Shown here piece after piece: positions 1 through 9,992 of a stretch of 64,000 nucleotides of DNA. The stretch's first letter is position 1. Every line of letters starts with the position of its first letter. The position numbers and the translations under genes are program-made. Origin of the DNA: Myxococcota bacterium. Lineage in GTDB: Bacteria; Myxococcota_A; UBA9160; SZUA-336. A model generated the notes under the pieces. That model was not told the origin of the DNA, ran no database searches, and saw nothing but the letters and a program-made list of their open reading frames with translations. The stretch lies in assembly GCA_965247115.1 (NCBI GenBank), contig CBDFGR010000002.1, positions 672,001 to 736,000 on the forward strand, given 5' to 3'.

Positions 1-2
1 AG

Positions 3-881
3 GGGCACGAGTGCGTGCAGGTGTTCGACAAGCTGTGCTGCGCCTGCCACGGCCTCTCGGTCTTGATCACGGGCCACCGCGGGGGCGAGGAGCGATCCAT
101 GCTCTTCGATGTCGGCCCGTACCCAGACGTCTGGCTCGACAACGCCAGGCGCCTCGACGTGGATCTGTCCAAGATCGAGTGCCTGTTCCTGTCGCACTGG
201 CACTTCGATCACAGCGGGGGACTGCCCGAAGTGATCTCGGCCATCACGCGCGCGCGGTCGGCCGCTGGACGGTCCGCGCCCGTCGTCGACCTGCATCCCG
301 ATCGGCCTGACCAGCGGGGCGTCCTCATACCCGGCGGTCCGCTGCTAATGCTCCCCAGGGAGCCGAGCTTCGACGCCATGAGGCAGGCCGGCGGCCAAGT
401 CACCACCCACGACGCCCCACATCCGCTCTGCGACGGCTTCTTCTTCGCCAGCGGAGCGATCGAGCGCGTCACTGAGTACGAAAAGGGCCTGGTCGGCCAC
501 CACACCTTCCGCGGCGACGAAGGCGGCCCCGACCCCCTGATCATGGACGAGCGATTCGTCGCGGCGTGCGTCCGCGGCGTCAGCGTGTTCTCGGCGTGCT
601 CGCACGCGGGAGTCGTGAACGCGTGCCTCGAAGCCAAGCAGAGTTTTACGGACATGCCCGTCGATGTCGTGCTCGGCGGTTATCACCTGGCTGGACGAGC
701 GATGGAGGAGCGCATCGAGCCGACGGTCCGGGACCTGCTCGCGCGCATCGAGCCCCGCGTCGTCGCCCCCGGGCACTGTACCGGCTGGCGGGCGAAGGCG
801 TGCCTTGCGGAAGCCTTCGCGCCGGGCCGTTACGGCCCCAGTGTCGTGGGCACGATGTATCACCTGCAGGCGGACGCCTAG
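3..881 (+). CDS. MBL-fold metallo-hydrolase (5' end likely outside window)
   Basis: SHWHFDHSGG (HxHxDH) motif, ACSHAG, LGGYHL and PGHCTG; frame is open from base 3. Confidence 0.85.
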   Translation, partial: GHECVQVFDKLCCACHGLSVLITGHRGGEERSMLFDVGPYPDVWLDNARRLDVDLSKIECLFLSHWHFDHSGGLPEVISAITRARSAAGRSAPVVDLHPDRPDQRGVLIPGGPLLMLPREPSFDAMRQAGGQVTTHDAPHPLCDGFFFASGAIERVTEYEKGLVGHHTFRGDEGGPDPLIMDERFVAACVRGVSVFSACSHAGVVNACLEAKQSFTDMPVDVVLGGYHLAGRAMEERIEPTVRDLLARIEPRVVAPGHCTGWRAKACLAEAFAPGRYGPSVVGTMYHLQADA

Positions 882-933
882 CGCGTGACTGGCGCAGCTA
901 GCCCAGGAACGCGAACGAGTTCCCCACGAGTAG

Positions 934-1359
934 ATGCGGGTCCTCGAACGCAGCGCGACGATCACCGGCCTCGGCCAGTCAGAGGTGGGGCGGCGCCTCG
1001 AGCGCGATCCGCTCGCGTTGACGGCCGACGCGTGCCTCGCGGCGATCGAAGACGCTGGCCTGCGTCGCGAGGACATCGACGTCCTGTCCACCTATCCCGG
1101 AGGCATGGCGGGTGGAGGCGCAGGTTTCGCCGGACCCGGGATTCCGGAGGTACACGATGCTCTACGCCTCGAGCTCTCCTGGTTCAGCGGTGGACCGGAG
1201 TTGCCGGGGCAGCTGGGTGCGGTCGTGAACGCGTGCATGGCGATCGCTACGGGACTGGCCAGCCATGTGCTGTGCTACCGGACCGTCTGGGAGTCGACCG
1301 CGCAGGGAGCTGGGCGCCGCGCGCCGATCGGCCAGGGGGCGCGCCGCGCCGTCGGCTAA
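934..1359 (+). pseudogene. Truncated thiolase-family (SCP-x/lipid-transfer type) gene, N-terminal part only
   Basis: ITGLGQSEVGRR...AIEDAGLRREDID...AIATGLASHVLCYR matches a thiolase N-terminus; stops at 141 aa and the next gene starts ~60 nt later, so there is no room for the C-terminal domain. Confidence 0.7.
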
Positions 1360-1416
1360 CTCGCTCACCAGCGGATTTCCTCCCCTCCGATCTTGCACCG
1401 GGTATTCTCCTGGGCG

Positions 1417-3905
1417 ATGGCGGGATCCGAGATCGAGCGTAGGCTTGCGGCAATTCTGTCGGCGGACGCGGTCGGCTACTCGCGTCTTATGGCGGACGAC
1501 GAGGCGGCGACGATCCGCTCGGTTCAGGAGAGTCGGGCGCTGATCGGCGAGGTGGCGGCCACCTACGGAGGTCGGGTCGTCGATGCACTCGGCGACAACA
1601 TCCTGGCCGAGTTCCCGGCCACTCTGGCAGCCGTCGAGGCCGGGATCGAGATCCAGAATCGACTGCGTGAGCGAGGGTCAGAGACTCCGGAGAGTCGTCG
1701 CATGCAGTTTCGCATCGGCATCCACCTAGGCGACGTCGCGACCGACGGCACGTCCCTCTACGGCGACGGGGTCAACATCGCAGCACGCCTGGAAGGGCTC
1801 GCAGAGCCGGGAGGGATCTGCATCTCGGGCGAGGTTCACGGTCAAGTTCGGGGTCGGATCGACAGGGACTTCAACGATCTCGGAGACCAAGTGGTCAAGA
1901 ACATCCCGCAGCCGGTTCGCGTGTACCGGCTCAAGTCGGCACGTGCGGAGCCCGCGACGAGAGAAAGCGGGGGAGGACGCCGCAGCATCTGGACCGCGGC
2001 AGCCGCGGTGGTCGCTGTGCTGGCGGTCGGTTTGTTTGCCTTCTGGCCCGGGGAGAGGCTCCCCGAGCCGGTGGCGATGGGGCCCTCGATTGCGGTGCTG
2101 CCGTTCGCGAATCTGAGCGCGGATCCTGACAACGAGTACTTCTCGGATGGCCTGTCCGAGGAGATCCTGAACTCCCTCGCCCAGCTGCGGGGGCTCAAGG
2201 TCGCAGCGCGCACGTCGAGCTTCGCCTTCAAGGACCGGAACGTCGACCTCGTCGAAGTGGGTGAGCAGCTCAACGTAGGTACGCTGCTCGAAGGCAGCGT
2301 GCGGAAGCAGGGGACCCGCGTCCGGATTACCGCGCAGCTGATCAACGTCTCGGACGGCTACCACATGTGGTCGGAGAGCTACGACCGCGAGCTCGACGAC
2401 GTCTTCGCAGTCCAGGCGGATATCGCGAAGGAGGTCGCCCGGATGCTCCGCGTGACGCTGCTCAACGCGGAGGCCGAGCGGATGGCAGTGCCCGACACCC
2501 AGAACTCGATGGCGTACGACAAGTACCTCTGGGGACTGCAGCGAGCCAGCGAGTTCCGCGTTACTTCGGTGCTCGAAGCGGTGGACTACTTCAGGGAGGC
2601 GACCGAGCTCGATCCAGACTACGCGAAGGCGCATGCCGGCGTCACGAACGCGCTCGCTCTGGCGTACACGACATCGGCGATCCCGGCTGAGTCGTTCGTC
2701 CGCGAGGGCGCAGCGCACGCGGAGCGGGCGATCGAGCTCGATCCCGGCTTGAGCGAGGCGCACTGCGCGCAGGGGGCGGTACTCCTGGCCCAGGGGCAGG
2801 CACGCGAGGCCGAGGCGGCCTTTCGGCTGGCCCTGAAGCTCAACCCAGGGAACAGCCCGCGGCGTTCTCCTATGGGAACATGCTCGCCGGGCAGCACCGC
2901 TTCGAAGAGGCGCTCGCCATTTTCGAGCAGGTGCTCGAGCGAAGTCCTTTCGATGCCACGCTCCGAGGCTACAAGGGCTGGACGCACGATTACCTAGGTG
3001 ACCACGAGGAGGCGCTGGCCTCCTACTCGCGCGCTCGGGCCATCGACGCATCAAACCCGTTCGGATTCTTGGGCCCAGGCTTCGCGACTGCTGCCACAGG
3101 AGAGCTCGCCGCCTCGGCCGACTGGTTCGAGCGCGCCGCGATGGTAGACCCGAGCGATGCCGAGCTCTTCGCGTGGGCCGCGCTCATGCACCTGTCGCTC
3201 GACGACACGGCGAGCGCGACCCGGGCCGCGGAGCACGCCGTTGAGCTGAATCCGCTGAACACCGTACCGCTAGCCGCGCGCGCACTCGTGCACGTGTTCG
3301 TCGGAGAGGACGACCGAGCGGTCGAGGTGGCACGACGCGGACTCCTACCCGATGTGGTGCGCCGCTTCGGGAACACGATCGCGTTGCTCCGGATCCTGCG
3401 GAACGAGCTGGTCGCCAGCGATCGGATCGACGAGGCGATCAATGTGTACGAGGCGGCCTTCCCGACGCTCCGGACCGCGTCGCCGTTCCGGAACTTCCAC
3501 GCGGAGTTTCCGCAGCACCCGATTGGCGAGCTCGCCCGGGCCGCCATCGACGTCGCCCATCTTCGAAAGATGGCAGGCGACGTAGCCGCGGCCGAGCGCC
3601 TGATCGACCTCACCCTGGCGGCGCACGACCGCGATCCCTATCTCGGCTACCTGTGGCTGTATGGGCCGGGTACGGTGCGCGTGGAGCTCGCGTTGATCGA
3701 GGGTCGCCACGAAGCAGCACTGGAGGCGCTCGATGCCCTCGTGGACGGCGGCTGGAGCGTCAGCTGGCGCTGGGAGATCGAGCGCAACCCGATCTACGAT
3801 CCGGTGCGGGACGACCCCCGGTACCTCGCGATCGTCGAGCGACTCGAGCGGCACGTCCTCGCACAGAGGGGCGCGATCGAGTCCGCCTCGCGACTCGCGC
3901 GATAG
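1417..3905 (+). CDS. Class III adenylate/guanylate cyclase + TM + TolB-like + TPR protein (frameshift at ~2856)
   Basis: RRLAAILSADAVGYS, FRIGIHLGDV, GDGVNIAARLE, SIAVLPFANLS and TPR repeats; ORFs 1393-2997 and 2880-3905 join if one C is added to CCC 2856-2858 (~829 aa). Confidence 0.85.
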
Positions 3906-4020
3906 AGACTGCTGCCCGACGGGCGGCTCCAGCCTCCCGCGTCGGGATCCACGGATTGTAGAGATGCAATAGTTTCGCGGTGTATCGTACTGTCAATTTC
4001 TCACCACAAGGGGAGCGAGC

Positions 4021-5124
4021 ATGAAATTCGGTGTGATCTACGACTTCCGTAATCCCCCGCAGCCGGAATTCTTCGAACCGTGGCCCGAATTCTACGCCGG
4101 CACGCTCGAACACATCGAGGAGATGGAGCATCTCGGCTTCCACGCGGTGAGTCTCGCCGAACATCACGGCGACCCGGACGGCTACAATCCGGGTATCGCG
4201 GTGACCCTGACCGCGGCGGCGATGCGCACCAAGCGGGTTCGCATCCAGTCGAACATTCTCCAGTTGCCTTTCCACCACCCCGTCCTCCTGGCCGAGCAGC
4301 TGGCGGTGCTCGACATCCTTTCGGGTGGGCGATTGGACGCGGGCTTTGGCCAGGTCGGGGAGACCTTCGACATGGAATTCTCGATGCTCGGGGTGAATCC
4401 CAAGTTTCGGCCGAGTCTTCTCGAAGAAGGGCTCGAGATCATTCGACGCTCGTGGATCGAAGACGACCCGTTCGACTTCCACGGGAAGCGATACGACCTG
4501 CGGGGCGTTTGGATCAATCCGAAGCCGCTGCAACGGCCCCACCCCCCGATGTACGTCGTGGCGCCTTCTTATGCTGCGAAAACGGGAACAGCGATGGACC
4601 GCGTGGCGCGAATGGGGTTGGACGTCGGTGCAATCGGCGGCTTCTTCACAGGTCTCACAGGGGGTGAGATGTGGAGGCAGTGGTGGGAGGCATGGCAGCG
4701 TGCTTGCGAACGCAATCAGCGTGATCGCAGCTACGCCCGGATCCACACCTTCGGCACGTGCTACGTCACAGACGATCCAGAAAAGGCGTGGGCGGAACAT
4801 CGCCTCGGTTTTCTGCACAGCTTCAACTACGAGCGGCAGGGAGTGCGCCCCTACAGTTCCCTGTTCATGGAAAAGCCACCGGAGCGGCCCGAGGACATCC
4901 CGGGGTGGGAAAAGGTGTTCGTCACGCCGGACTATGCGATCGCCGAACTGCGCACTTTCTATGCCGACGGGGCGCCGGACGAGATCCATCTGATCGGCAA
5001 AAAGCCCGGCATGAGCTGGGAACAATCGGGGCAGTACATGCGGAATTTCATCGAGAGGGTCGCACCGGCCGTCCAGGATTTAGCGCCCGAACGCGAATCC
5101 GCTTGCCGCGAGAACGCGACGTAA
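4021..5124 (+). CDS. LLM-class (luciferase-like) flavin-dependent oxidoreductase
   Basis: MKFGVIYDFRNP, AEHHG, HPVLLAEQLAVLDILSGGRL, PKPLQRPHPP; GGGAG RBS. Confidence 0.9.
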   Translation: MKFGVIYDFRNPPQPEFFEPWPEFYAGTLEHIEEMEHLGFHAVSLAEHHGDPDGYNPGIAVTLTAAAMRTKRVRIQSNILQLPFHHPVLLAEQLAVLDILSGGRLDAGFGQVGETFDMEFSMLGVNPKFRPSLLEEGLEIIRRSWIEDDPFDFHGKRYDLRGVWINPKPLQRPHPPMYVVAPSYAAKTGTAMDRVARMGLDVGAIGGFFTGLTGGEMWRQWWEAWQRACERNQRDRSYARIHTFGTCYVTDDPEKAWAEHRLGFLHSFNYERQGVRPYSSLFMEKPPERPEDIPGWEKVFVTPDYAIAELRTFYADGAPDEIHLIGKKPGMSWEQSGQYMRNFIERVAPAVQDLAPERESACRENAT

Positions 5125-5130
5125 AGGGGC

Positions 5131-5180
5131 GCTCTGGGGACTGACGGAGCACGGCCTCGAGCCGCGCTCCGATCCAGAGC
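5131..5180 (+). terminator. Imperfect GC-rich stem-loop just after the LLM stop codon (terminator or mRNA stabiliser)
   Basis: GCTCTGG/CCAGAGC, CGGAGC/GCTCCG and CGGC/GCCG nested arms; no U-tract. Confidence 0.4.
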
Positions 5181-5420
5181 CCTGAGCCACCCCGCCGAGG
5201 CCACGGGCCCGTAGACGTTCACGAGGGAGTCGATGCGCGAAACGGCCTATCTGCTGTCGGCGTCGTCCCGAATTGAGCTGAGTTACTCTCCTACCCTATG
5301 GAAGGGCACTCAAGAGGGCCCTTCGGGTTCTGACAATGGCTTCCCCGTTCGATCGAGTCGTCTGAAGGTCAGCAGAGAATTTCCGCGGTATCATCGAATA
5401 GTACACAGAGGAGAGGCAGC

Positions 5421-5849
5421 ATGAGGTCCACACTTGCACTTCTTAGCACCGTCGCGCTGCTCGCCGGGTGCGAGGATCCGGCTCCGCCTCCTGCCGAGAC
5501 GGTCGTCGAGGCAGGGCAGATCCAGATCGTGCATCCGGACGAGTATCTCGAGGAGTCCGACGGAACCGCGCTGTTGCGCAAGCTGGCCACCAGGTCCCGC
5601 GGATCGAATCGAGTCGAGTTCCAGCATGTCGTGCTTACCGAGGCTCTGGAGGGGGGGCCAGTGACCTACGACAGTCAGGACGAGTTCGTCTACGTGCTCA
5701 AGGGCCAGATCGACCTCACCACCGAGGGTCAGACACATCACATCGGGCCCGGCAGCTTCTTCTTCGTTCCCCAAGGTTTGCCCTACGACTTCAAGGTGAT
5801 CGAAGCACCCCTCGAGGTCGTTGCAGTCTTCTCTCCGCCGGGCGAGTAA
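5421..5849 (+). CDS. Cupin-domain lipoprotein
   Basis: Lipobox LLAGC; EFVYVLKGQI...GPGSFFFVP cupin motifs; GAGGAG RBS. Confidence 0.75.
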   Translation: MRSTLALLSTVALLAGCEDPAPPPAETVVEAGQIQIVHPDEYLEESDGTALLRKLATRSRGSNRVEFQHVVLTEALEGGPVTYDSQDEFVYVLKGQIDLTTEGQTHHIGPGSFFFVPQGLPYDFKVIEAPLEVVAVFSPPGE

Positions 5850-5887
5850 CGGAGCGGTCGCCGACCAGCGGCATCGGGGATCCGACC

Positions 5888-7792
5888 CTATTCGACGCCA
5901 AACGCGAGCAGCACGTTGCCTGGGGCGGTCAGGGTGATGTTGTAACCGGATCCCATGAACAGCATACCCCCGACGATCGCCGGCCCATGGCCACCGATCG
6001 AGCCCCCCCTGGCTCGCACACCGTTCACCGTCTCGTACTCTTGCATGGTGTTGTATTCCCACAGGACCTCGCCGTCCGCCGTCGAGTACGCGCGCAGGGT
6101 GCCGTCCCTGGCCCCTGCGAACACAACGCCGGGGATGACCGTGGCCGCCCCGAACAGTCCCGAGCTGCACCAGGTCGCCTCGGGGTCGGAGCAGTTCGTC
6201 GGCTTCGCGTGCGTCGTGGACCAGACCCGCTCGCCCGTCGCTGGCCGGAGCGCGACCATCGCACCCGTCTCGTCGGTGTCGCATTGGATCCCCACGAACT
6301 CCTCGGCGGCACCGGCAGAGCATACCGCGAGGGGTCTGTAGTAGAGCTCTCCATCCGCGGCGGCGCCCATGCCGGAGCCTTGTGGCCACACTCCGTCACC
6401 GGCCTGCGCGACCCACAGCACAGCGCCGCTATCGTCGGGGTCCAGTGCCGTGATCCTCCCGCTCTCTTGTCCCGCGATCAGAATCTGGCGCCCGTTCGGC
6501 AGCGTGTACAGGACGGGCGACCCCGACACGTCGTCGTTGCGATTCCGTATGTGACCGGGGCAATTGATCGCGCGCTCGGCCTCGGTCGTCCCATCTCCCC
6601 CGCAGTTCTGATCGTTGGCCAAGAGCTGGGTCGACCAGCGCCTCTTGCCGGTGTCGAGGTCGAAGGCGATGACGGCGTCACTGGAGCCCGAGTCCGGCAC
6701 ATCGATATAGCCATTGCTCGTACCGACGTAGAGGACGCGGCGCCGGTAGTCGAGCGTGGGCGCCGCCCAGATCGCGGCACCCGATGGGCCGTACAGCTGC
6801 GTGCCGGCGGAGTTCTTCCTGATCGGCCTGGGACGTTCCGGGATTGTGTAGGTCTTCCAGATCTGCTGGCCGGTCTTCACGTCCAGGGCCACCACGCTGC
6901 CCTGGGACGTGCAGCACTCGTACGAGGGGTTGGAGGGGCGGACCTCCTCGTACGAGCCTACGGGGACATACAGGCGTCCCCCCTGGGCATCGAGCACAGG
7001 CGACCCCGAGATCTTTGCCGCGCTATGGTCGTCCACGCGCACCGTCCACAGCGGCTCGCCCGTTTCCGCGTCTACGGCGTGGACGTTCGGCCCCAAATCC
7101 CCGAAGTACGCGGCGTAGCGGTCTTGCGACCCGGGCACGGTCCCCACGTTGACGGCCGTCACGACGGCTTGCCCGGCCTCGAAGGACCAGTGCACGCAGC
7201 CGGTCTTCGCGTCGAGCGCGTACACCATCCCGTTGTCGCTACCCACGAATACCCGACCCCCAGCCACCGTCGGCTGACCCCGGACCTGGCTGCCCTCCGG
7301 AAAGCCGAACGCCCACTTGCGCCGCAGCCGCGGCACTTGCTCGGCCGTCAGCCCCGCCGCAGCGGACGGCTGAAAGCGAGCGCTGGACGTGGGATCGGGG
7401 CTCATGCCGTTCCAGTGCGGCCCGGCCGACGGATCGCCCATCGGCATGCCACTGGCGCAGCGGTTCGGCATCGCCGCAGCCGAGCGGTCCGCCGCGTTTC
7501 CGAACGGGCGCCCGGTCAGGGACATGGCCAGCCCGCGCCTCTCCTGCTCCGAGAGCTCGCTCACATTGGCCGCCATCGAGCCGGTCGTCAGCGCCTTGAA
7601 CACCCGCTCCGGGGAGAACGCTCGGAGGGCTTCGCGACTGACCGCGCCGGGGGCGTGACTGGTCGCTCCATGGCAGACCGCGCACTGCTCCTCGAAGAAG
7701 AAGAGCCACCGAGAATCCGTCACCTGCGCCGATGTCGCCATCGGCAGCAACACCGTGACGGCGACAGACGCCACAACAAACCACCTCATCAT
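5888..7792 (-). CDS. Quinohemoprotein: cytochrome c + PQQ beta-propeller dehydrogenase (polyvinyl-alcohol dehydrogenase-like)
   Basis: Signal peptide, CAVCH heme motif, repeated ALDAxTG..W propeller blades, vicinal CC (YECCTSQG). Confidence 0.85.
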   Translation of the reverse strand: MMRWFVVASVAVTVLLPMATSAQVTDSRWLFFFEEQCAVCHGATSHAPGAVSREALRAFSPERVFKALTTGSMAANVSELSEQERRGLAMSLTGRPFGNAADRSAAAMPNRCASGMPMGDPSAGPHWNGMSPDPTSSARFQPSAAAGLTAEQVPRLRRKWAFGFPEGSQVRGQPTVAGGRVFVGSDNGMVYALDAKTGCVHWSFEAGQAVVTAVNVGTVPGSQDRYAAYFGDLGPNVHAVDAETGEPLWTVRVDDHSAAKISGSPVLDAQGGRLYVPVGSYEEVRPSNPSYECCTSQGSVVALDVKTGQQIWKTYTIPERPRPIRKNSAGTQLYGPSGAAIWAAPTLDYRRRVLYVGTSNGYIDVPDSGSSDAVIAFDLDTGKRRWSTQLLANDQNCGGDGTTEAERAINCPGHIRNRNDDVSGSPVLYTLPNGRQILIAGQESGRITALDPDDSGAVLWVAQAGDGVWPQGSGMGAAADGELYYRPLAVCSAGAAEEFVGIQCDTDETGAMVALRPATGERVWSTTHAKPTNCSDPEATWCSSGLFGAATVIPGVVFAGARDGTLRAYSTADGEVLWEYNTMQEYETVNGVRARGGSIGGHGPAIVGGMLFMGSGYNITLTAPGNVLLAFGVE

Positions 7793-7899
7793 CGTGCCTC
7801 CTCTTCGTCGGCCACGTCTCTGGAGCAGTGGCTCATCTTGGCCGCCACAATGGCAGCGGACTGCCTGCGGGTCAATCTCGCCGCTTCCAATCTCGGCCG

Positions 7900-8158
7900 G
7901 GGCCTCGTAGGGTAGGTGAGGAGAGTACCCATCCCGATGTCCGACTGCGTATCCCCGGTCAGGAGCTCCACGGTCTCCATGCCCCGACCCGCCCGCTACG
8001 CGCCGATCGCCAGGTTCGGACGCACCTCCTCACGCACGTGCCGGGAAGTGGCCCCCGGGAACATGATCAGGCCGTCGCCAATCTCACTGGCGAGCTTCGG
8101 GTCGAGCTGATCGGCGGGCAGCGGATCCAGAGTGCGGTTTGTCCAGGCGGATCGTCAC
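7900..8158 (-). pseudogene. Degraded remnant of an LLM-class oxidoreductase gene
   Basis: Minus strand reads KLASEIGDGLIMFPGATSRHVREEVRPNLAIGA*RAGRGMETVEL, resembling the LLM 'LAGEIADG...GAARAGR' segment; has an internal TAG, a frameshift and an RBS+GTG at 8158; lower boundary approximate. Confidence 0.4.
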
Positions 8159-8186
8159 TCTCCCTTCCGGTGTGCGGAGTTTCCCG

Positions 8187-8192
8187 TACAAT
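8187..8192 (+). promoter_or_regulatory. Putative -10 box TACAAT, 6 nt before ATG 8199 (leaderless transcript candidate)
   Basis: TACAAT-GGGCTC-ATG with no Shine-Dalgarno in between. Confidence 0.45.
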
Positions 8193-8198
8193 GGGCTC

Positions 8199-8837
8199 AT
8201 GGTACAGATCGTCGTTCTCGATCCGTCGGCGTCGCCGCGTGTCACCACGCGGCCCTTGGCCGACCGGCCGACCTCGCTCGTAGGCGCGCGGATCGGCTTC
8301 CTCAGCAACAAGAAAGCCAATGCAGACCTGCTCCTAGACGCGCTTCGGGGCCTCCTGCTCGACCGACTCGGCGGCTTCGAGACCCTTCGAGCCGAGAAGT
8401 CCGCCCCGCTGCCGGCTCCCAAAGAGGTACTCGAGGAGCTCGCCGGCTGCGACGCGGTCGTCAGCGCGATCGCCGATTGAGGCTCCTGCACGTCGTGGAG
8501 TCTCCACGACATGCTGACGCTCGAGGGGCGCGGTGTCCCGACCGCCCTCGTCGCGAGCGACGAGTTCGCGCCACTCGGCCGAGCCGAGTCCATCGCGCGC
8601 GGTCTGCCCGGTCTACCGCTCGTCACGGTGCCGCACCCGCTCGCCGGGAACCTGTCCGAGCTGGTGCGCGCCAAAGCGTCTGGGTGCGTGGACGAGGTCG
8701 TCCAGGTGCTGACCCAGAACGCCCAGGAGCTCGGCGCGCGCTATGAGCCGCGCTTTCAGCAGCTCGCCGAGCGCCGGCTCTCGCAAGACGCGGTCTGCAC
8801 AGACGCCGTTTGCGCCATCGATCCCGCCTACCGGTGA
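8199..8837 (+). CDS. UGSC-motif selenoprotein (212 aa, Sec94 encoded by TGA 8478-8480)
   Basis: ORFs 8139-8480 and 8511-8837 share one frame; readthrough gives DAVVSAIAD-U-GSCTSWSLHD (UxxC); SECIS-like hairpin follows directly. Confidence 0.85.
8488..8514 (+). promoter_or_regulatory. Bacterial SECIS-like hairpin
   Basis: GCA-C-GTCGTGG-AGTCT-CCACGAC-A-TGC; apical loop begins 18 nt after the TGA and has GU at loop positions 2-3. Confidence 0.75.
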
Positions 8838-8898
8838 GCGCACAGATCGACCGCGCGGTATGTGAGCGCACACAGCGACACCGCGCTCCCAGGCTGAG

Positions 8899-9939
8899 AT
8901 GAACGCGCGGCGCGTCACCCTCGACGACTCCCCCGAGGCCGTCGACGCGTACTTCGCCGAGCAAGGCTGGTCCGACGGCCTTCCGATCGTCCCGCCAACA
9001 CCGGAGCGGGTCGAAGCCTTCGTGGCCGCGGCGGGGGGAACGGCCGAGCGCGAGCTCGGCGCGGTCCCGCCCCGAAACGGCATTGCGACGCTCGAGAAGC
9101 TCGCGATCAACGCGGTGATGGCGGGTTGCCGACCCGAGTACTTCCCTGTTATCACGACCGCCATCGCGGCAATGCTCGAGGAACCCTTCAACCTGTACGG
9201 CGTCCAGAGCACGACCCACCCGTGCGCGCCTTTGGTGATTGTGAACGGTCCCCTGGCCCACCGACTCGAGCTGAACGCACGCTACAACTGCTTCGGCCCC
9301 GGCTCGCGCGCGAACGCCACCATTGGCAGGGCGATCCGGCTGATCCTGTTGAACGTCGGCGGCGCCGCCCCGGGCGTCCTCGACCGCGCCACCCAGGGCC
9401 AGCCCTCGAAGTACGCCTTTTGCATCGCGGAGAACGAAGAAGAAAACCCCTGGTCGCCGCTCCACGTCGAGCGCGGCTTCGCGCCGGACGACAGCACGGT
9501 GACCGTGTGCGGCGCCGAGAACCCGCACAACATCAACGATCACGTGAGCGATACGGCGGAAGGCATCCTCGTCACGGTCGCCGCGTCCATGGCGAACATG
9601 GGCTGCAACAACGCCTACCTGTTTGGCGAGCCGATCCTGGCACTCGGCCCGGAGCACGCCGCGCTGTTGGAACGCGACGGCGTCGGCAAAGACGAGATCC
9701 GCCGCTTCGTGTTCGAACACGCCCGCATCCCGCGCGCGGTGTGGGAGCGGGGCGGGATGTTCGGGATGTCGGGTGCGCGCACCGATCTCTTCCCCGATGC
9801 CGACGCGCTGCCCATCCTGCGGCGGCCTGAGGACTTGATCGTGATCGTCGCCGGAGGCCCCGGCCGCCACTCCTCGTGGCTGCCGACCTTCGGCGCCATG
9901 ACGCGGGCGGTTACGCGGAGAATCGAGAGCTCCGCCTAA
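8899..9939 (+). CDS. Conserved uncharacterised 'GWSDGLPIVPPT' protein, usual partner of UGSC proteins
   Basis: Motifs GWSDGLPIVPPT, NAVMAGC, ANATIGRA, AENEEENPW, IVAGGPG; directly downstream of the UGSC gene. Confidence 0.8.
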   Translation: MNARRVTLDDSPEAVDAYFAEQGWSDGLPIVPPTPERVEAFVAAAGGTAERELGAVPPRNGIATLEKLAINAVMAGCRPEYFPVITTAIAAMLEEPFNLYGVQSTTHPCAPLVIVNGPLAHRLELNARYNCFGPGSRANATIGRAIRLILLNVGGAAPGVLDRATQGQPSKYAFCIAENEEENPWSPLHVERGFAPDDSTVTVCGAENPHNINDHVSDTAEGILVTVAASMANMGCNNAYLFGEPILALGPEHAALLERDGVGKDEIRRFVFEHARIPRAVWERGGMFGMSGARTDLFPDADALPILRRPEDLIVIVAGGPGRHSSWLPTFGAMTRAVTRRIESSA

Positions 9940-9992
9940 AGCCGGCCGACACACGAGCGCGAATCGAGCGCGCGACACAGGAGGGGTAGGCG

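Noticed and set aside
5468..7915. 815-aa plus-strand ORF and other long antisense ORFs (e.g. 25962-28286, 40999-42471, 43943-45487, 61024-62352)
   Set aside because: Shadow ORFs opposite well-supported genes in high-GC DNA; no motifs
7996..7998. In-frame TAG in the LLM-like remnant as pyrrolysine
   Set aside because: The surrounding sequence is also frameshifted and internally deleted, and no pyl genes are seen; decay is simpler
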